Source of the DNA: Octopus vulgaris
Taxonomy: Eukaryota
Reading direction: 5' to 3'
Assembly: GCA_951406725.2 (NCBI GenBank)
Contig: OX597814.1
Span: 187,364,001-187,428,000 of the forward strand
DNA: 64,000 nt
The position numbers were made by a program, and so were the translations under genes. Below the pieces are notes generated by a model. It did not search any database. It saw only the letters and a list, made by a program, of their open reading frames with translations, and was not told the DNA's origin. Each line of letters begins with the position of its first letter. Within the stretch, counting starts at the first letter, position 1. This document shows, in pieces, positions 24,388 through 37,120 of this stretch.

Positions 24388-24958
24388 GATGCCCTAATGT
24401 AGTACCAGGCAGTGGCTCTCATGGCTACTGATCTTAACTGATTGGAAGTGTTATCATGTACATTGTTTTGTCTTGGTATAAAAGATGGGTTACAGCAAAT
24501 ATTCTGCTCAATACCACAGATTTGCTTGTCAGTTGTTTGACCTTAACCAGTTGAGCATGTCCCTTAGTGGCTGACGATATGTGCATCTCTGATCACGAGC
24601 AGAAGTAGTAGGGAAGCATCATAGGCATGTGTTGAGAGGAATTCTTTGGGGTTTGGATAATTCACCTCTGGAAACATGGGCGTTTTGATCAACATCCTTA
24701 AACAACCCTTATTCAGGGACCTTTTGAGTAGGATGGGTTACTCGATCAGAAGAAAATTCTAACTGGGCCCCACCTGCAAAGTCATGGGCTGTTTATCTTG
24801 ATATGAGATCACCATGTCGTGCACATATGGTTGTGATGCATGTACCTAGTGTACCCTTATCAGACAGGTAGTCATGATGGGTATACTGGGCTTCGTATAT
24901 TTTACCCCAGTGTCACTTTGATGGCATGCGCTGCTCTCTCACTCAATAATAATAATAA
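24388..24958. mobile_element. Probable non-autonomous non-LTR-type repeat embedded in (AAT/GAT)n
   Basis: About 560-bp higher-GC block bounded on both sides by trinucleotide microsatellite, with no ORF. Single copy in this window, so the class is uncertain. Confidence 0.45.
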
Positions 24959-25388
24959 TCCTTTCAAGTTGATTACATTGACTTTAGTACTCAACTGGTA
25001 CTTATCTTATCAACCTCGAAAGGACGAAAGGCAAAGTCAACCTCAGCAGAATTTGAACTCAGAATGTAAGGATGGATGAAATGCCACTAAGTACTTTGCT
25101 TGACATGCTAACAATTCTGCCAGTTTACTGCCTTAACAACAAAACAGTGATGATGATGATGATGATGATCCTTTCTACTATAGGCACAAGGCTCTAAATT
25201 TTGGAGGGGGTGGGGGCTAGTTGATTACATTGACACCAGTGCTCAACTGGTACTTATTCTAACAACCCCAAAAGGATGAAAGTCTGAGCTGAACTCAGAA
25301 TGTGAAAACAGACAAAATGCTCCAGTGTGTTGTTGTTGTTGTTGATGATGATGATGATGATAATAACAATATTAATCTTTTCTACAAT

Positions 25389-25826
25389 AGGCACAGGAGT
25401 GGCTGAGTGGTAAGTAGTTTGCTTACGAACCACATGGTTCCAGGTTCAGTCCCACTGTGTGGCACCTTGGGCAAGTGTCTTCTACTATAGCCTCAGGCCG
25501 ACCAAAACCTTGTGAGTGGATTTGGTAGATGGAAACTGAAAGAAGCCTGTTGTATATATGTTGTATATATATATATATATATATATATAAATATATATAT
25601 ATATGTATGTATATGTTTGTGTATTTGTGTTTGTCCCCCCAACATTGTTTGACAAGCGATGCTGGTGTGTTTATGTCACTGTAACTTAGTGGTTCGGTAA
25701 AAGAGACCAATAGAATAAGTACTAGGCTTACAAAGAATAAGTCCTGGGGCCGATTTGCTCAACTAAAGGTGGTGCTCCAGCATGGCCAAAGTCACATGAC
25801 TGAAACAGGTAAAAGAGTAAAGAGTA
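25389..25826 (+). mobile_element. SINE family A, nested in a Nin-domain SINE tail
   Basis: Near-full-length match to 34316-34710. Confidence 0.85.
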
Positions 25827-26411
25827 AGGCCTGAAATTTGTGAGGAAGGGGTAAGTCAATCACATTAACCCCAGTACTTGACTGGTACTTAATTTATCGA
25901 CCTTGAAAGGATGAAAGGCAAAGTCAGCCTTGATGGAATTTGAATTTGGAACATAAAGACGAGCAAAATACCCCTAAGCAATTTGCCTGGCACAAGGCCA
26001 GCATGATCGGGGGAGGAGGCAAGTTGATTACGTCACTTCAGTACTCAACTGGTACTTATCCTATTGACCCCGATTCTGCCAGCTCACCACCTTAGTAATA
26101 ATAATATTAGTTTTCTACATAAAAACGGACATTTGGTTTTTAGAAGTACAAAGTAATTGTTGTGACATTCATTCTTTAGGCAAATGCCAATGGAGACAGA
26201 AAGGTGGGGATTTTAAGCTGAGTTAGAGAGTGAGGTCACCATGAACTTTGTACTGTTCAATTGAATCACTCCTATACAACACTAGTATTCATTTCAGTAA
26301 AGATACAGGGATTGATAGTAAAAACGGTATGAAAGATAAAGTCAAGCTCAAAAACTGCAAGACAAGTACATATACCAGCACATGGCAATCAACTTATAAG
26401 AGAAAATTATA

Positions 26412-26646
26412 TATTTCTTTACTGCCCACAAGGGGCTAAACATAGAGAGGACAAACAAAGACAGACAAATGGATTAAGTCGATTACATCGACCCTAGTGC
26501 ATAACTGGTACTTTATTTATCGACCCCGAAAGGATGAATGGCAAAGTCGACCTCGGCGGAATTTGAACTCAGAACATGACAGCAGACGAAATACAGCTAC
26601 GCATTTTGCCCAGCGTGTTAACATTTCTGCCAGCTCACCGCCTTCA
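26412..26646 (-). mobile_element. Nin/Deu-domain SINE (family B), full length with TSD
   Basis: Core GAGGTCGACTTTGCC(A/T)TTCATCCTTTCGGGGTCGATAAA..AAGTACC resembles the Nin/Deu SINE domain. tRNA-like head. TSD AAGAGAAAATTATA. Confidence 0.8.
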
Positions 26647-27938
26647 AAGAGAAAATTATAGTCAACTAAATTGCATATTACTTGTATTTTGTCAAAGCCA
26701 AACAGAAGAAATGTAGAATCAACTCAAGGAATTTGAACTTGGGATCAGAGGATGAAACTAAATAATTAGCAATTCATTTAATCCAATGTTCTTGAGGTTT
26801 TAGATGTGATTCAAAACATTGCCATTAACTCCTCCAGGTTCAGAAAAAGAAAAAAATTGAGCTCAACACAGCTTGCTAAAGAAATACTCTTTGGTTATAT
26901 ATTATCTTATTCCATTCACAACAACCAAGAGTGGCATGACTCACACTGTGAAGTATATCTCTCATTGGTTGTTTTTATCAGGGACACAGCAGAGTGCTGT
27001 GCTGCGATATGAACTGTTGACTCTGTGGCCAATAGACCGATACACTAATGACTAATCAATCAACTAGGTCTTTTTCCCCTAATTAAAACTCAATGTTGAA
27101 AGTAGCTATCATTAAAAGTTACATTGACATTGAAGGTCGGGAAGAGTTACAGTCACTGACAAGAGACTTCTTTCAGGGTTATTAGTTATTGATGTGAGCA
27201 GTTATGGATTATGTTTCAGTCATTAATGGTTGGCAGAGAAGTCATCAAGGGTCACAGTCATTGGATACTGAGGTCATTTATGATTACCAACAACAATCAT
27301 ATCAGTGTAGTTGCTCTCAATGTTGATAATGATATGATCAGTGAAGGCTAATATTTATATCTGTTAAGAGTTATTAGGAAAGATGAGTGTTCTATATCTT
27401 TGGATTACAAGTCATTGGTAAAGCCATATAAAGCTGGATTTATAAAACCATTTATGGGACACATATATGCATAATATCACTGATTGTGATGACATATTTC
27501 AGCAAAGCTTCAGTCTGCATATGAGTTAGTATTGCAAAGGCCATGACAGAAGCTGTTGCCCTGTCAATTCACCGTCACTAATTCTATTATCACCGTACCA
27601 AATTGAACTCAGTATCAACAAAGTGCAAAATAATTTTATGTTTAGAAAGTACCACGGCATATAGAATATATTATGCATGCTAAAGCTATCAGAAAGGGAA
27701 TAAATATTATAATTTCCTGTTTTTCTTCTTTTTGCAGCTCATCAAAACAAATGTATATTGTCTGGACAGCAAAAGTGGTAACAGCCAAAGAACGGAAGTG
27801 AGATGAAAGTGAATCAATTCCACTGCATGGCTTTTGGTTTCTACTGGAACAGCTTCCCTTGCTTACGAAATGCATGAATCTCACAACACATTAATTCCGC
27901 CACTTATACTAACAAATATTCTATTGAACAAAGATATA

Positions 27939-28453
27939 CCATAAATCCTTGAGTATAGTCTGCCCTTGAGTATAATATGCAGGGGATTTTTAGGGGGCTG
28001 TACCTCTGAAAAACCTAAACCTTGTGTATACTACGCACCCCTTCTCTAACTTGAGTCAAGGAGGTCTATATAACGTCCTTGGTTTGTAAAAATGTACATG
28101 GCAATGTCTTTTATTATTATTATTGTATATATAACATAATGCAAACGTGGAGCTTTTTTGAGCATTTTGTTTGCAGAAAATAAAGAAATAACCGTAATAA
28201 CGTTTAATAACTGTTGTTTACTGCAAGTTATGGATGATCCTTTTATGACTTCATTGCTTTTAGGCTTAGCTTAAGGTATTTTCATGCCCGCCATCACAAA
28301 ATGCGTCTGAATAAACATAGCCAGACAGCAAATAGAAATTCGGACACTGCTTAGAAAATAATTTTAATTTTTAATCTCGTATATAGTATGCACTAGGGAT
28401 TTTGACCTTTAAATTTTGGGGAAAAAATGCAGATTATACTCGAGGATTTATGG
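27939..28453. mobile_element. Tc1/mariner-superfamily (Tc2/pogo-like) MITE
   Basis: TA|CCATAAATCCTTGAGTATAGTCTGC ... GCAGATTATACTCGAGGATTTATGG|TA: ~25-bp TIRs with a TA target duplication. Subterminal repeats of the GTATA..(A)CGCA motif. Confidence 0.8.
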
Positions 28454-31100
28454 TAAATGTAATGAGCATGAGAGGTATGTTGAATCCCAAATGACCTGAT
28501 TTGGACTTGGGATAATTAGTTGAATCTTAGTATATGACAATGTTTGAGAGGGTAAAATGTAGAACACCTGTAAATCAATTAATTTCAATGTAATTTAATA
28601 ATTACCTAGATTATAACTGAAGAAATACGCACAGACATTCACATATCGATGTTAATCTCAAAACCATAACACTTTGTTGTTGCTATAGTTTCAATATCGT
28701 TTGCTCAGTCATCACAACTCTTTTAAAATGTTACGCTTGGTCCTACCTGTATGTATATGCTCTACTTACATAGCGTGCATAATCTGCAACTTCAGAAATA
28801 ATAACTGCATTGTTATGCAGGCACAAAACTTGCAATTTTCGAGGAATTGGAAATAGACAGAAGTGTTAATTATCCCCAACTAGATGAAGTGAAATAGAAG
28901 CAGATGGCTATTGAAATACAGTGCTGATAATACATTATCTCTCAACCTTCTCCTCCAAGGAAGCACTCCAATGCATACCTCAAAAAGAAATTTGATTGAA
29001 AAAATTTAGATCTATACAGAAATAAAACACCCTGGAGATTTTATACACATGCGTGCACATGTGCATGCACACACACACACACACGTGTAGGGGATGGTCA
29101 CATATAAATGTGAATAATTGTGAGACAATGAGCATGCCTCTGCATGGTTGCTTGGCTGAATAGAAATAACAACAAAACCTCCCTTGAAATCATACCCTAC
29201 TACCTTAAAGAAAGGATGGAATATTGGATAATATACCACTAGATACACTACGTCTGAATAAAAGACTGGATGGTCATGGCTAGAATGCTCTACTTAGTCT
29301 GAAACAATGTGAAGCTGAACAACAGGCAGCTACTAAGAATTTACAGCAATGTAAAAAGATTATTCACTTAATTAGGGGGTGGAGCAGAGATTGCTATTAT
29401 TCTAAGAGTTATCTTTCTTGACATAAAATAACTAGCACTATATACTATATCTGTTGAATAAAAAGAAGAAGAAAAAAAAACATTAGTCTGTAGGTTAAAG
29501 ATTTAATATAACTGCTGAAAGCATCCAGTGTTGTTTAAAATGTCTAATAGATAAGAAGAAGCTAAATCTAGTTTCCATGGATATGGTGTGAATAAAAGTA
29601 TCGTTTTGCCATTATGGAAAGCATATGTGTGTATAAAAGCAAGTTGTATCATGTATGAAGGCTAGAGGTAATGAAATAACAATGATCTAATGGATGTGCA
29701 ATAGACAGAGTTTAAAGATGAGCTAAAATGGTAGAATGAATGTGATGAGGAGAGCACTGAAAATTATGTGGAAAGAATAAAGAATATAATGGTAAAGGTG
29801 ACATCTGAGGAGATGGCTGGTTGAAAAATGAGTAACTTTTAAAGAGAAACCATTTAACAGAATTGTTAAGCACCCATTAAATAGACAAACCAATCCAAAA
29901 ATGTAGATCTAATGGGGAAAATGGATAAGAATAAATAATTTGCTCTCCACACAATTTGTAGGGCGATAAGCTAACTTTAATTTTCGTAAACATCATTCCC
30001 CCTTCTCTGTCATTGTGTGTGTGTGTGTGTATATATACACACACACACACACACAAACATATATATATATATAATATACACACACACATATATATAATAA
30101 ACACACACACACATGAACACGCACACACATTTCAGACATCGGCTCTCTGAATGTAAAACTTAAGCCAAGAGCATTATACATCCAAAATTTAATATTAAAT
30201 TGAAAGTCAGGTAGTGGCTATTATGATATTAATGGAAATATTTACCCCTCAAAGACAGATATTATTTATGTGTAAGATTCACTTAGTGTTCAATAAATTT
30301 GTTCATAATAGAAACTCAAAACTCAGTTTTGTAATGAATTAACATATAATGTAAACATAGGCGTAGGAGTGGCTGTGTGGTAAGTAGCTTGCTTACTAAC
30401 CACATGGTTCTGGGTTCAGTCTCATACATATAATAAGTGTGTGTTTGTGTATGTGGTGTGTGTGCATGCACGCGCATGTGTAAAGTGAACTGGTGAGGGT
30501 TGTTGGAGCAGTGGGCTGAATGTCTCTTGATCTGCACCCAGTTCAAATCCAGCCAAGGTCAACTTTGCCTTTCATCCTCTTGAGGTCAATAAAAAAAGTA
30601 TCAAGTAAGGCCAGTAGATTGGCAAAACTATTACAAGAACAGGCAAGATGCCTGTTCCGGCCATTTGTGTTCTAAATAGGTAACTCTACAATGGCAGTGT
30701 TACTAAGGGATATCAGCTCAAGACAGCTGTCTTTATCTTGGTTAAACATCCAAGTTGTGGAGAAGGGAGACTTGTATGCATGGACAACTGCTGGCCTTCC
30801 TCCCAAAAATCTTGCCCTGACCTGTGCATACATGGACAAACAAGATTGGTCATGCATCTGCATGTGTGTGTGTACACATACACACACACACGGTTGGAAA
30901 ACAAGCTTCTTAATCATACAGCCATGCCAACCTGTATGTATATATACATGTAACATAGCTGTGTAGTTAAGAAGCTTATTTCCTAACCACTTGGTTCCAG
31001 GTTCAGTCCACTGTGTGGCCCCTTGGGCAAGTGTCTTCTACTATAGCCTAAGGCCAATAGAAGCCATGTGAGATGATTTGGTAGACAGAAGCTCAAAGAA

Positions 31101-31333
31101 GGCAGCGAGCTGGCAGAAACATTAGCATGCCGGGCAAAATGCTTAGCGGTATTTCGTCTGCTGTTACATTCTGAGTTCAAATTCCACCGAGGTCAACTTT
31201 GTTTTTCATCCTTTCGGAGTCAATAACTTAAGTACCAGTTACCCACTGGGATCAATGTAATCGACTTAATCCCTTTGTCTGTCCTTGTTTGTCCCCCTCT
31301 ATGTTTAACCCCTTGAGGGCAATAAATAAATAA
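31101..31333 (+). mobile_element. Family B SINE nested in a family A-headed SINE
   Basis: Full-length copy with TSD AGAAGCTCAAAGAA. Confidence 0.8.
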
Positions 31334-31353
31334 GAAGCTCAAAGAAGCCCTTT

Positions 31354-31422
<69 letters not shown>
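31354..31422. repeat. (TG)n(GA)n microsatellite
   Basis: Directly visible. Confidence 0.9.
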
Positions 31423-31427
<5 letters not shown>

Positions 31428-32644
31428 TTGGTGTCTCCTTGTCTTGATATCGCATGATTGATTATGTGAGTGTCACTGTTTTATGAGTAGTGTCCTTCGT
31501 TTCCACACTTCCATGAAAACATGAGTTGGCAGTAGGAAGGGCATGCAGTCATAGAAAATCTGCCTTGACAAATTCCATCCAACCTATGCAAGCATGGAAA
31601 AGTGGATGTTAAAATGGTGATGATGGTGAAGTGTGCATGGGTGTGTGCATGCACAACAGCCATCACTCACATGTACCATGCTTTTGCTAATTGTTTTGGG
31701 TGACAATGTAGTCAGGAGCAGATATAAACACCCTCTTCACTCCACCACATGTGACCAAGTCAAACATCAAAAAGTGGCAGCTGAAGGAAGACGGGGATGC
31801 AACAAGCAGTCATCTGATACTTGTTTTACAGCTGAATGAACTGAAGCAACATGAAACAAAAGTGTTAGTCCAGGGATCAAACCCACAACCTTGTTTGTGA
31901 TCATGATCCCAACACTCCAAATATTAAGTCATGCAACCTCTCTCTCTCTCTCTCTCATACACACACACACACACACTCTTTTATTAGTTTCAGTCACTGG
32001 GCTGTGATCATGCTAGGGCAAAGCATTCAGAGTTTTTGGCCAATCATGTTGATTCTAGTACTTTTTTTTATACAAAGTGGCTAAGATAATTTTCTAAACT
32101 TAACCCTTCCTTCTTTGCTTTTATATTATTATACTGCCAGTGTGTGTCAAATATATGAGCACACACTGTTGCTAACACTGCCGTTCACCACCGTCAATGA
32201 TATTGTCTGCTATTTCCATGCAAGCAGAGGGTTGAATAAGATTTATTAAGGCAATATTCTATGGTTGGATACCCTACCTGTTGCCAACTCTTACCTGTCT
32301 TTATTTATTATATTTTTTTTAGTAAAGTGTTTATATCCCACTGGTCATTAATACACTAAAATTAAAGAAATCACAAGGCAATAGGCCATATTGTTTATGG
32401 GAGACACAAATATAATAACAACACTATCACCTAAGTAGTGTCCAAGTGAAGACACTCAGAAATAAAATCTCATGCACATAAATACGTGTGTGCACACATG
32501 CACAAACATATACATATTTACATACATACACACATGTACATACTTACACACACACACACTGCATGTATGTATGCATTTATTTATTTTATTCAATTATGTG
32601 TGCACACACATGCATGCATACATAAATATATAGATATGCATACC

Positions 32645-32866
32645 TATTTCTTTATTACCCATAAGGGGCTAAACACAGAGGGGACAAACAAGGACAGACA
32701 TAGGTATTAAGTTGATTACGTCGACCCCAGTGCGTAACTGGTACTTAATTTATCTAACCCGTAAGGATGAAAGGCAAAGTCGACCTCGGCGGAATTTGAA
32801 CTCACAACGTTAACGGCAGACGAAATACCGCTAAGCATTTCGCCTGGCGTGCTAACGTTTCTGCAT
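32645..32866 (-). mobile_element. Family B SINE with TSD
   Basis: TSD ATATAGATATGCATACC. CpG-rich, so probably young. Confidence 0.8.
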
Positions 32867-33339
32867 ATATAGATATGCATACCAGCCATCACTCACATGT
32901 AGCATCTGTTTATTAATTGCTTTAGGTGCCCATCTTGCTCTCTTCGACCTTGCACTTGAGACCCAGCAATCATCTGGTACTTGTTTTTCAGTGTGTGTGT
33001 GTGTGTTTGTTTATCTAGCTATCTAATATGCATTAGACAGAAAGACAGATGTGTGTGTGTATATATGTGCATGCATGTGCAGGGGAGAAAGAGAGGCCAT
33101 GTAAATATAATTGCATGTGTGGGGGGTAATGCACACACACACACGCGCAAGTAAACACACCATACACATGTAGACAGATAGCTAGATATGTATATATGTA
33201 TATATCTATTTACTCTCTTCCCTTCAATCTCTGTCTCCCACTATTTATGCACACGTGCAAATATGTATACACACACTCACACACATACATGTGTGTGTAT
33301 ATATATATATATCATCGTTTAACGCCTGTTTTCCGTGCT

Positions 33340-33373
<34 letters not shown>

Positions 33374-33849
33374 CACACACGTATGTATAAATACACACAC
33401 ACATGCGCACACACATACACATATATCTAGATGTTCATGCACATAGGGATGCATGCACACACACAAATTTGAGTTTGTGTGTCCACATTTTATTGAGAAA
33501 CTACCATATATATTAATATTTGCCATCTCACAGGGGAGTTTTACATGATATTTATTTTGATATATAAAGCAGTAAAGTAACGTGTTTGATTTCAATTTTT
33601 TAAATTTTTGTATTCCAATCAGAAAATCCAAAAATTTTCTATTCCACTTATCTCCCTTCTTCTACTCTCTTCCACTTGAATGAATTCATTGTTGATTTTT
33701 CATTACTGATCAAAAAAATATTTTTTACTTAAACGCAAACCGAATTTCAAAAGAAAATTTTTGGTAGCTGCTGATCTGTTGGGTGTTAAATAAGATTTCA
33801 GAAATGTATGTTCAAGGTTATATACATCTTTTACCTTATCAGATTTTAT

Positions 33850-34225
33850 CTTTCATTTGTTTGAGTTATTGCGCAGTAGCCATGCTGGAGCATCACCTTA
33901 ATGAGTTTTAGTCAAACAAATCAACCCCAGCACTTTTCTTTTTTAATCCTGGTACTTATTCTATTAGTCTCTTTTGCTGAACTGCAAAGTTACAGGGATG
34001 TAAATGAACCAACAACAGTTGTCAAGTGGTAGTGGGGGAACAAAGACACAGACACGCTCGCTCGCACGCGTGATAGGCTTCTTTCAGTTTCTGTCAATCA
34101 AATCCACTCACAAGTCTTTGATTGGCCTGGGGCTCTAGCAGAAGACACTTGCGTAAGGTGCCACGCAGAGGGATTAATCCTGGAACCATGTTGCTGGGGA
34201 GCAAACTTCTTAACAAACAGCCAAG
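33850..34225 (-). mobile_element. SINE family A
   Basis: Reverse-complement match. Head-to-head with 34316-34710. Confidence 0.75.
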
Positions 34226-34315
34226 ATTGTGCCTACAGAAATATAGTGATGAAGGATTAATATAATATCGGACTCAAATTACCTAGCTGGGTGTATTTAT
34301 AAAGATTTAACCATT

Positions 34316-34710
34316 GGCGCAGGAGTGGCTGTGTGGTAAGTAGCTTGCTTATGAACCACATGGTTCCAAGTTCAGTCCCACTGCGTGGCACCTTGGGCAA
34401 GTGTCTTCTACTATAGCCTTGGGTCGACCAAAGCCTTGTGAGTGGATTTGGTAGACGGAAACTGAAAGAAGCCCGTCGTATATATGTATATGTATATGTG
34501 TTTGTGTGTCTGTGTTTGTCCCCGACCATCACTTGACAACTGATGCTGATCTGTTTACATCCTCATAACTTAGCGGTTCGGCAAGAGAGACTGATAGAAT
34601 AAGTACTAGGCTTGCAAAGAATAAGTCCTGGGGTCGATTTGCTCGACTAAAGGTGGTGCTCCAGCATGGCCGCAGTCAAATGACTGAAACAATTAAAAGA
34701 GTAAAGAGTA
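34316..34710 (+). mobile_element. tRNA-derived SINE family A, full length
   Basis: Head GGCGCAGGAGTGGCTGTGTGGTAAG (A-box-like), GGTTCCAAGTTCAGTCCCA (B-box region), central (TA/TG)n, tail ...TGACTGAAAC..(AAAGAGT)n. More than 10 copies in the window. Confidence 0.85.
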
Positions 34711-35484
34711 TCAATCTAATACATCTATTGCTACCTCTGACAAAGTATCTTCTTCTCTAGCCCCCCCCCCCCCGTGTGTGTGCATGCATGTGCACATGTG
34801 GGAGCAAGTAAGAGCATGCATGCAAGCAAATGCATATGTGCTATGCTTGTCTCCCACTACTGCTTGGCAAACATTGTGAGTTTGTTTATGTCCCTGTAAC
34901 TTAGCAATTTAGCAAAAGAGACTGATAGAATAAGTTACAAACTTAAAAAGATAAGTATTGGGGTTGATTTGTTTGACTAAGCCCTTCAACATGGTTGGTG
35001 CCCCTAGCATGACCGCAGCCCAAGTAAAAGATAACATACTGAACTACATAAACAGTTCATCGTAGTAATATTATTGGGTGAACTTAAGGTGGCGAGCTGG
35101 CAGAATCATTGATATCTTCATCATCATCATCGTTTAACGTCCACTTTCCATGCTAGCATGGGTTGGACGGTTCAACTGGGGTCTGGGAAGCCAGAAGGCT
35201 GCACCAGGCCCAGTCTGATCTGGCAGTGCTAGGCTAAATGCTTAGCAGCATTTCGTCCATCTTCATGTACAGAGTTCAAATTCCACCAAGGTCAATTTTG
35301 CCTTTCATCCTTCTGGGTTCATAAAATAAGTACCAGTTGAGAAATGAGGTCGATGCAATCAACTTAACTCCTCTCTCTCAATTGCTGGTCCAGTGGCAAA
35401 ATTTGAAATCAGTACCATCGGGTGACTTCTAAAATATTTAACAGTGGACTTCATCTTAGATATGCCTCCATATATATAATATAT

Positions 35485-35798
35485 ATATCACTGTGATCAC
35501 CATGACCGACCAGGCTATCAGATGTTGCTACACATCGCTGGTCACAATGCGCTTCGCATTGTTTTAGCCTTCGAATGACACCACCCCGCTGGGTAAGTGA
35601 GCAGGCCAATAGAAGAAAGAGTGAGAGAAAGTTGTGGCAAAAGAGTACAGCAGGGATCACCACCACCCTCTGCCGGAGCCTCGTGGAGCTTTAAGTGTTT
35701 TCGCCCAATAAACACTCACAATGCCCGGTTTGGGAATCGAAACCATGATCCTACAACTGCGAGTCCGCTGCCCTAACCACTTGGCCATTGCGCCTCCA

Positions 35799-35800
<2 letters not shown>
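35485..35800 (-). mobile_element. tRNA-derived SINE family E
   Basis: Minus-strand head GGAGGCGCAATGGCCAAGTGGTTAGGGCAGCGGACTC...GGTTTCGATTCCC has A and B boxes and is followed by a non-tRNA body. Confidence 0.7.
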
Positions 35801-35844
<44 letters not shown>

Positions 35845-36930
35845 ACATATAAACACACACACACACACACACACACAAGCTAAAGTTTGATATTCAATAT
35901 TCACTAAATTCAATAAACAATAAGGACATGAACTATTTATTAAATCATTGTCTGGAAAATGTTAAACATACAGTTAATGGTTGTGAAATGCATGAATAAC
36001 ATCTGAGCAAGAGCATTAAACAAACAAGATCAGTGATCTTGTACTCTTTAGTGAGAGATGCTGGCTTTCTATAGGATAAGTTCTGATTAGATTTTGGAAA
36101 TGAAAAAAGGAATTACTTGTAGAAAGAACCTTTTATGAGGCAACAATAAACTATTTGATTCAGCATTTCTTTGCTCGGTGTAACCCAGCAGTTTGAATGC
36201 TCTAAATATGAAAGTGTAGGGCAAGAAAGGGAAGGTTTCCTAATTTAGTAAATGGCATCAGTAAATTCAAGATGAAATTAAAACTCTTCATCTTTCAACT
36301 AGAAAATTAGGATTAGAACAAGTTTCTGCACTTTAAAAAGTAAAGTGAAAATATCAGGGATGATGGCAATTTTACAAATTATGTTGTAAAAATTATGTGA
36401 TTTAGCTATATATATGACTGCATTTATAAGCCCATTTTAACTTAATGAACAAATGATGGAAAAGCTTAGTAATATGCAGATGGAACTTATTGACTTTTCT
36501 CCAAAGCATAAAAGCTTGGCAAGATCAAAACAGACTCATTAAGTAATGTTTAGATTGTTTGTTTTTTGGGTTTTTTTTTTTAAATATTAAATCATTATAT
36601 AATGTAAAAATACTAACTATAATTTATACAAGAATTGAGTGTGAGCACAGATCTTGTATGACACATTTGAACTCATGCATGAAAAGTTTATTGCATGGTA
36701 GCCAATCTTGCTCTCCATGGTCTTTGACTTATTAGAAGTAGCAGTCAAATCGCTCTCAAATCTCAACTTACTGTCTTGGAAAAAGGACACATTGGAGAAT
36801 ATACTCCTAGATTTACAAAAAGATGTGATGATCACAGCTGGAATGCATTTGGACATCTTTCTGTTTGGCCAGAGTGGAAATAGGAGCTAAACAACAATAT
36901 GGAATGCTACCTTAACTCCTGTAAGGATTT

Positions 36931-37120
36931 TCGTGCTGGTGGCACGTAAAAGCAGCCACTACACTCTCGAAGTGGTTGGTGTTAGGAAGGGCATCCAGCT
37001 ATAGAAAATCTGCCAAATCAAGATTGGAGACTGATGCAACCATCTGGTTCGCCAGCCCTCAGTCAAAATCGTCCAACCCATGCTAGCGTGGAAAGCGGAC
37101 GTTAAACGATGATGATGATG
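36931..37120 (+). mobile_element. SINE family C
   Basis: Same core and (GAT)n tail. Confidence 0.75.

Larger units (their letters stand above)
21990..26100 (-). repeat. Cluster of many degenerate family B SINE copies, mostly minus orientation
   Basis: Recurrent CAACTGGTACTTATTTTATC..CCC..AAGGATGAAAGG.AAAGTC...GAATTTGAACTCAGAA units separated by (AAT/GAT)n. Confidence 0.75.

Noticed and set aside
27736-27746. GCTCATCAAA resembling the complement of the miR-2 3' end
   Set aside because: Only a 10-nt match, with no seed region and no hairpin.
35720-35800. tRNA-like sequence on the minus strand
   Set aside because: No proper acceptor stem and it continues into a SINE body, so it is a SINE head, as are the other tRNA-like heads.
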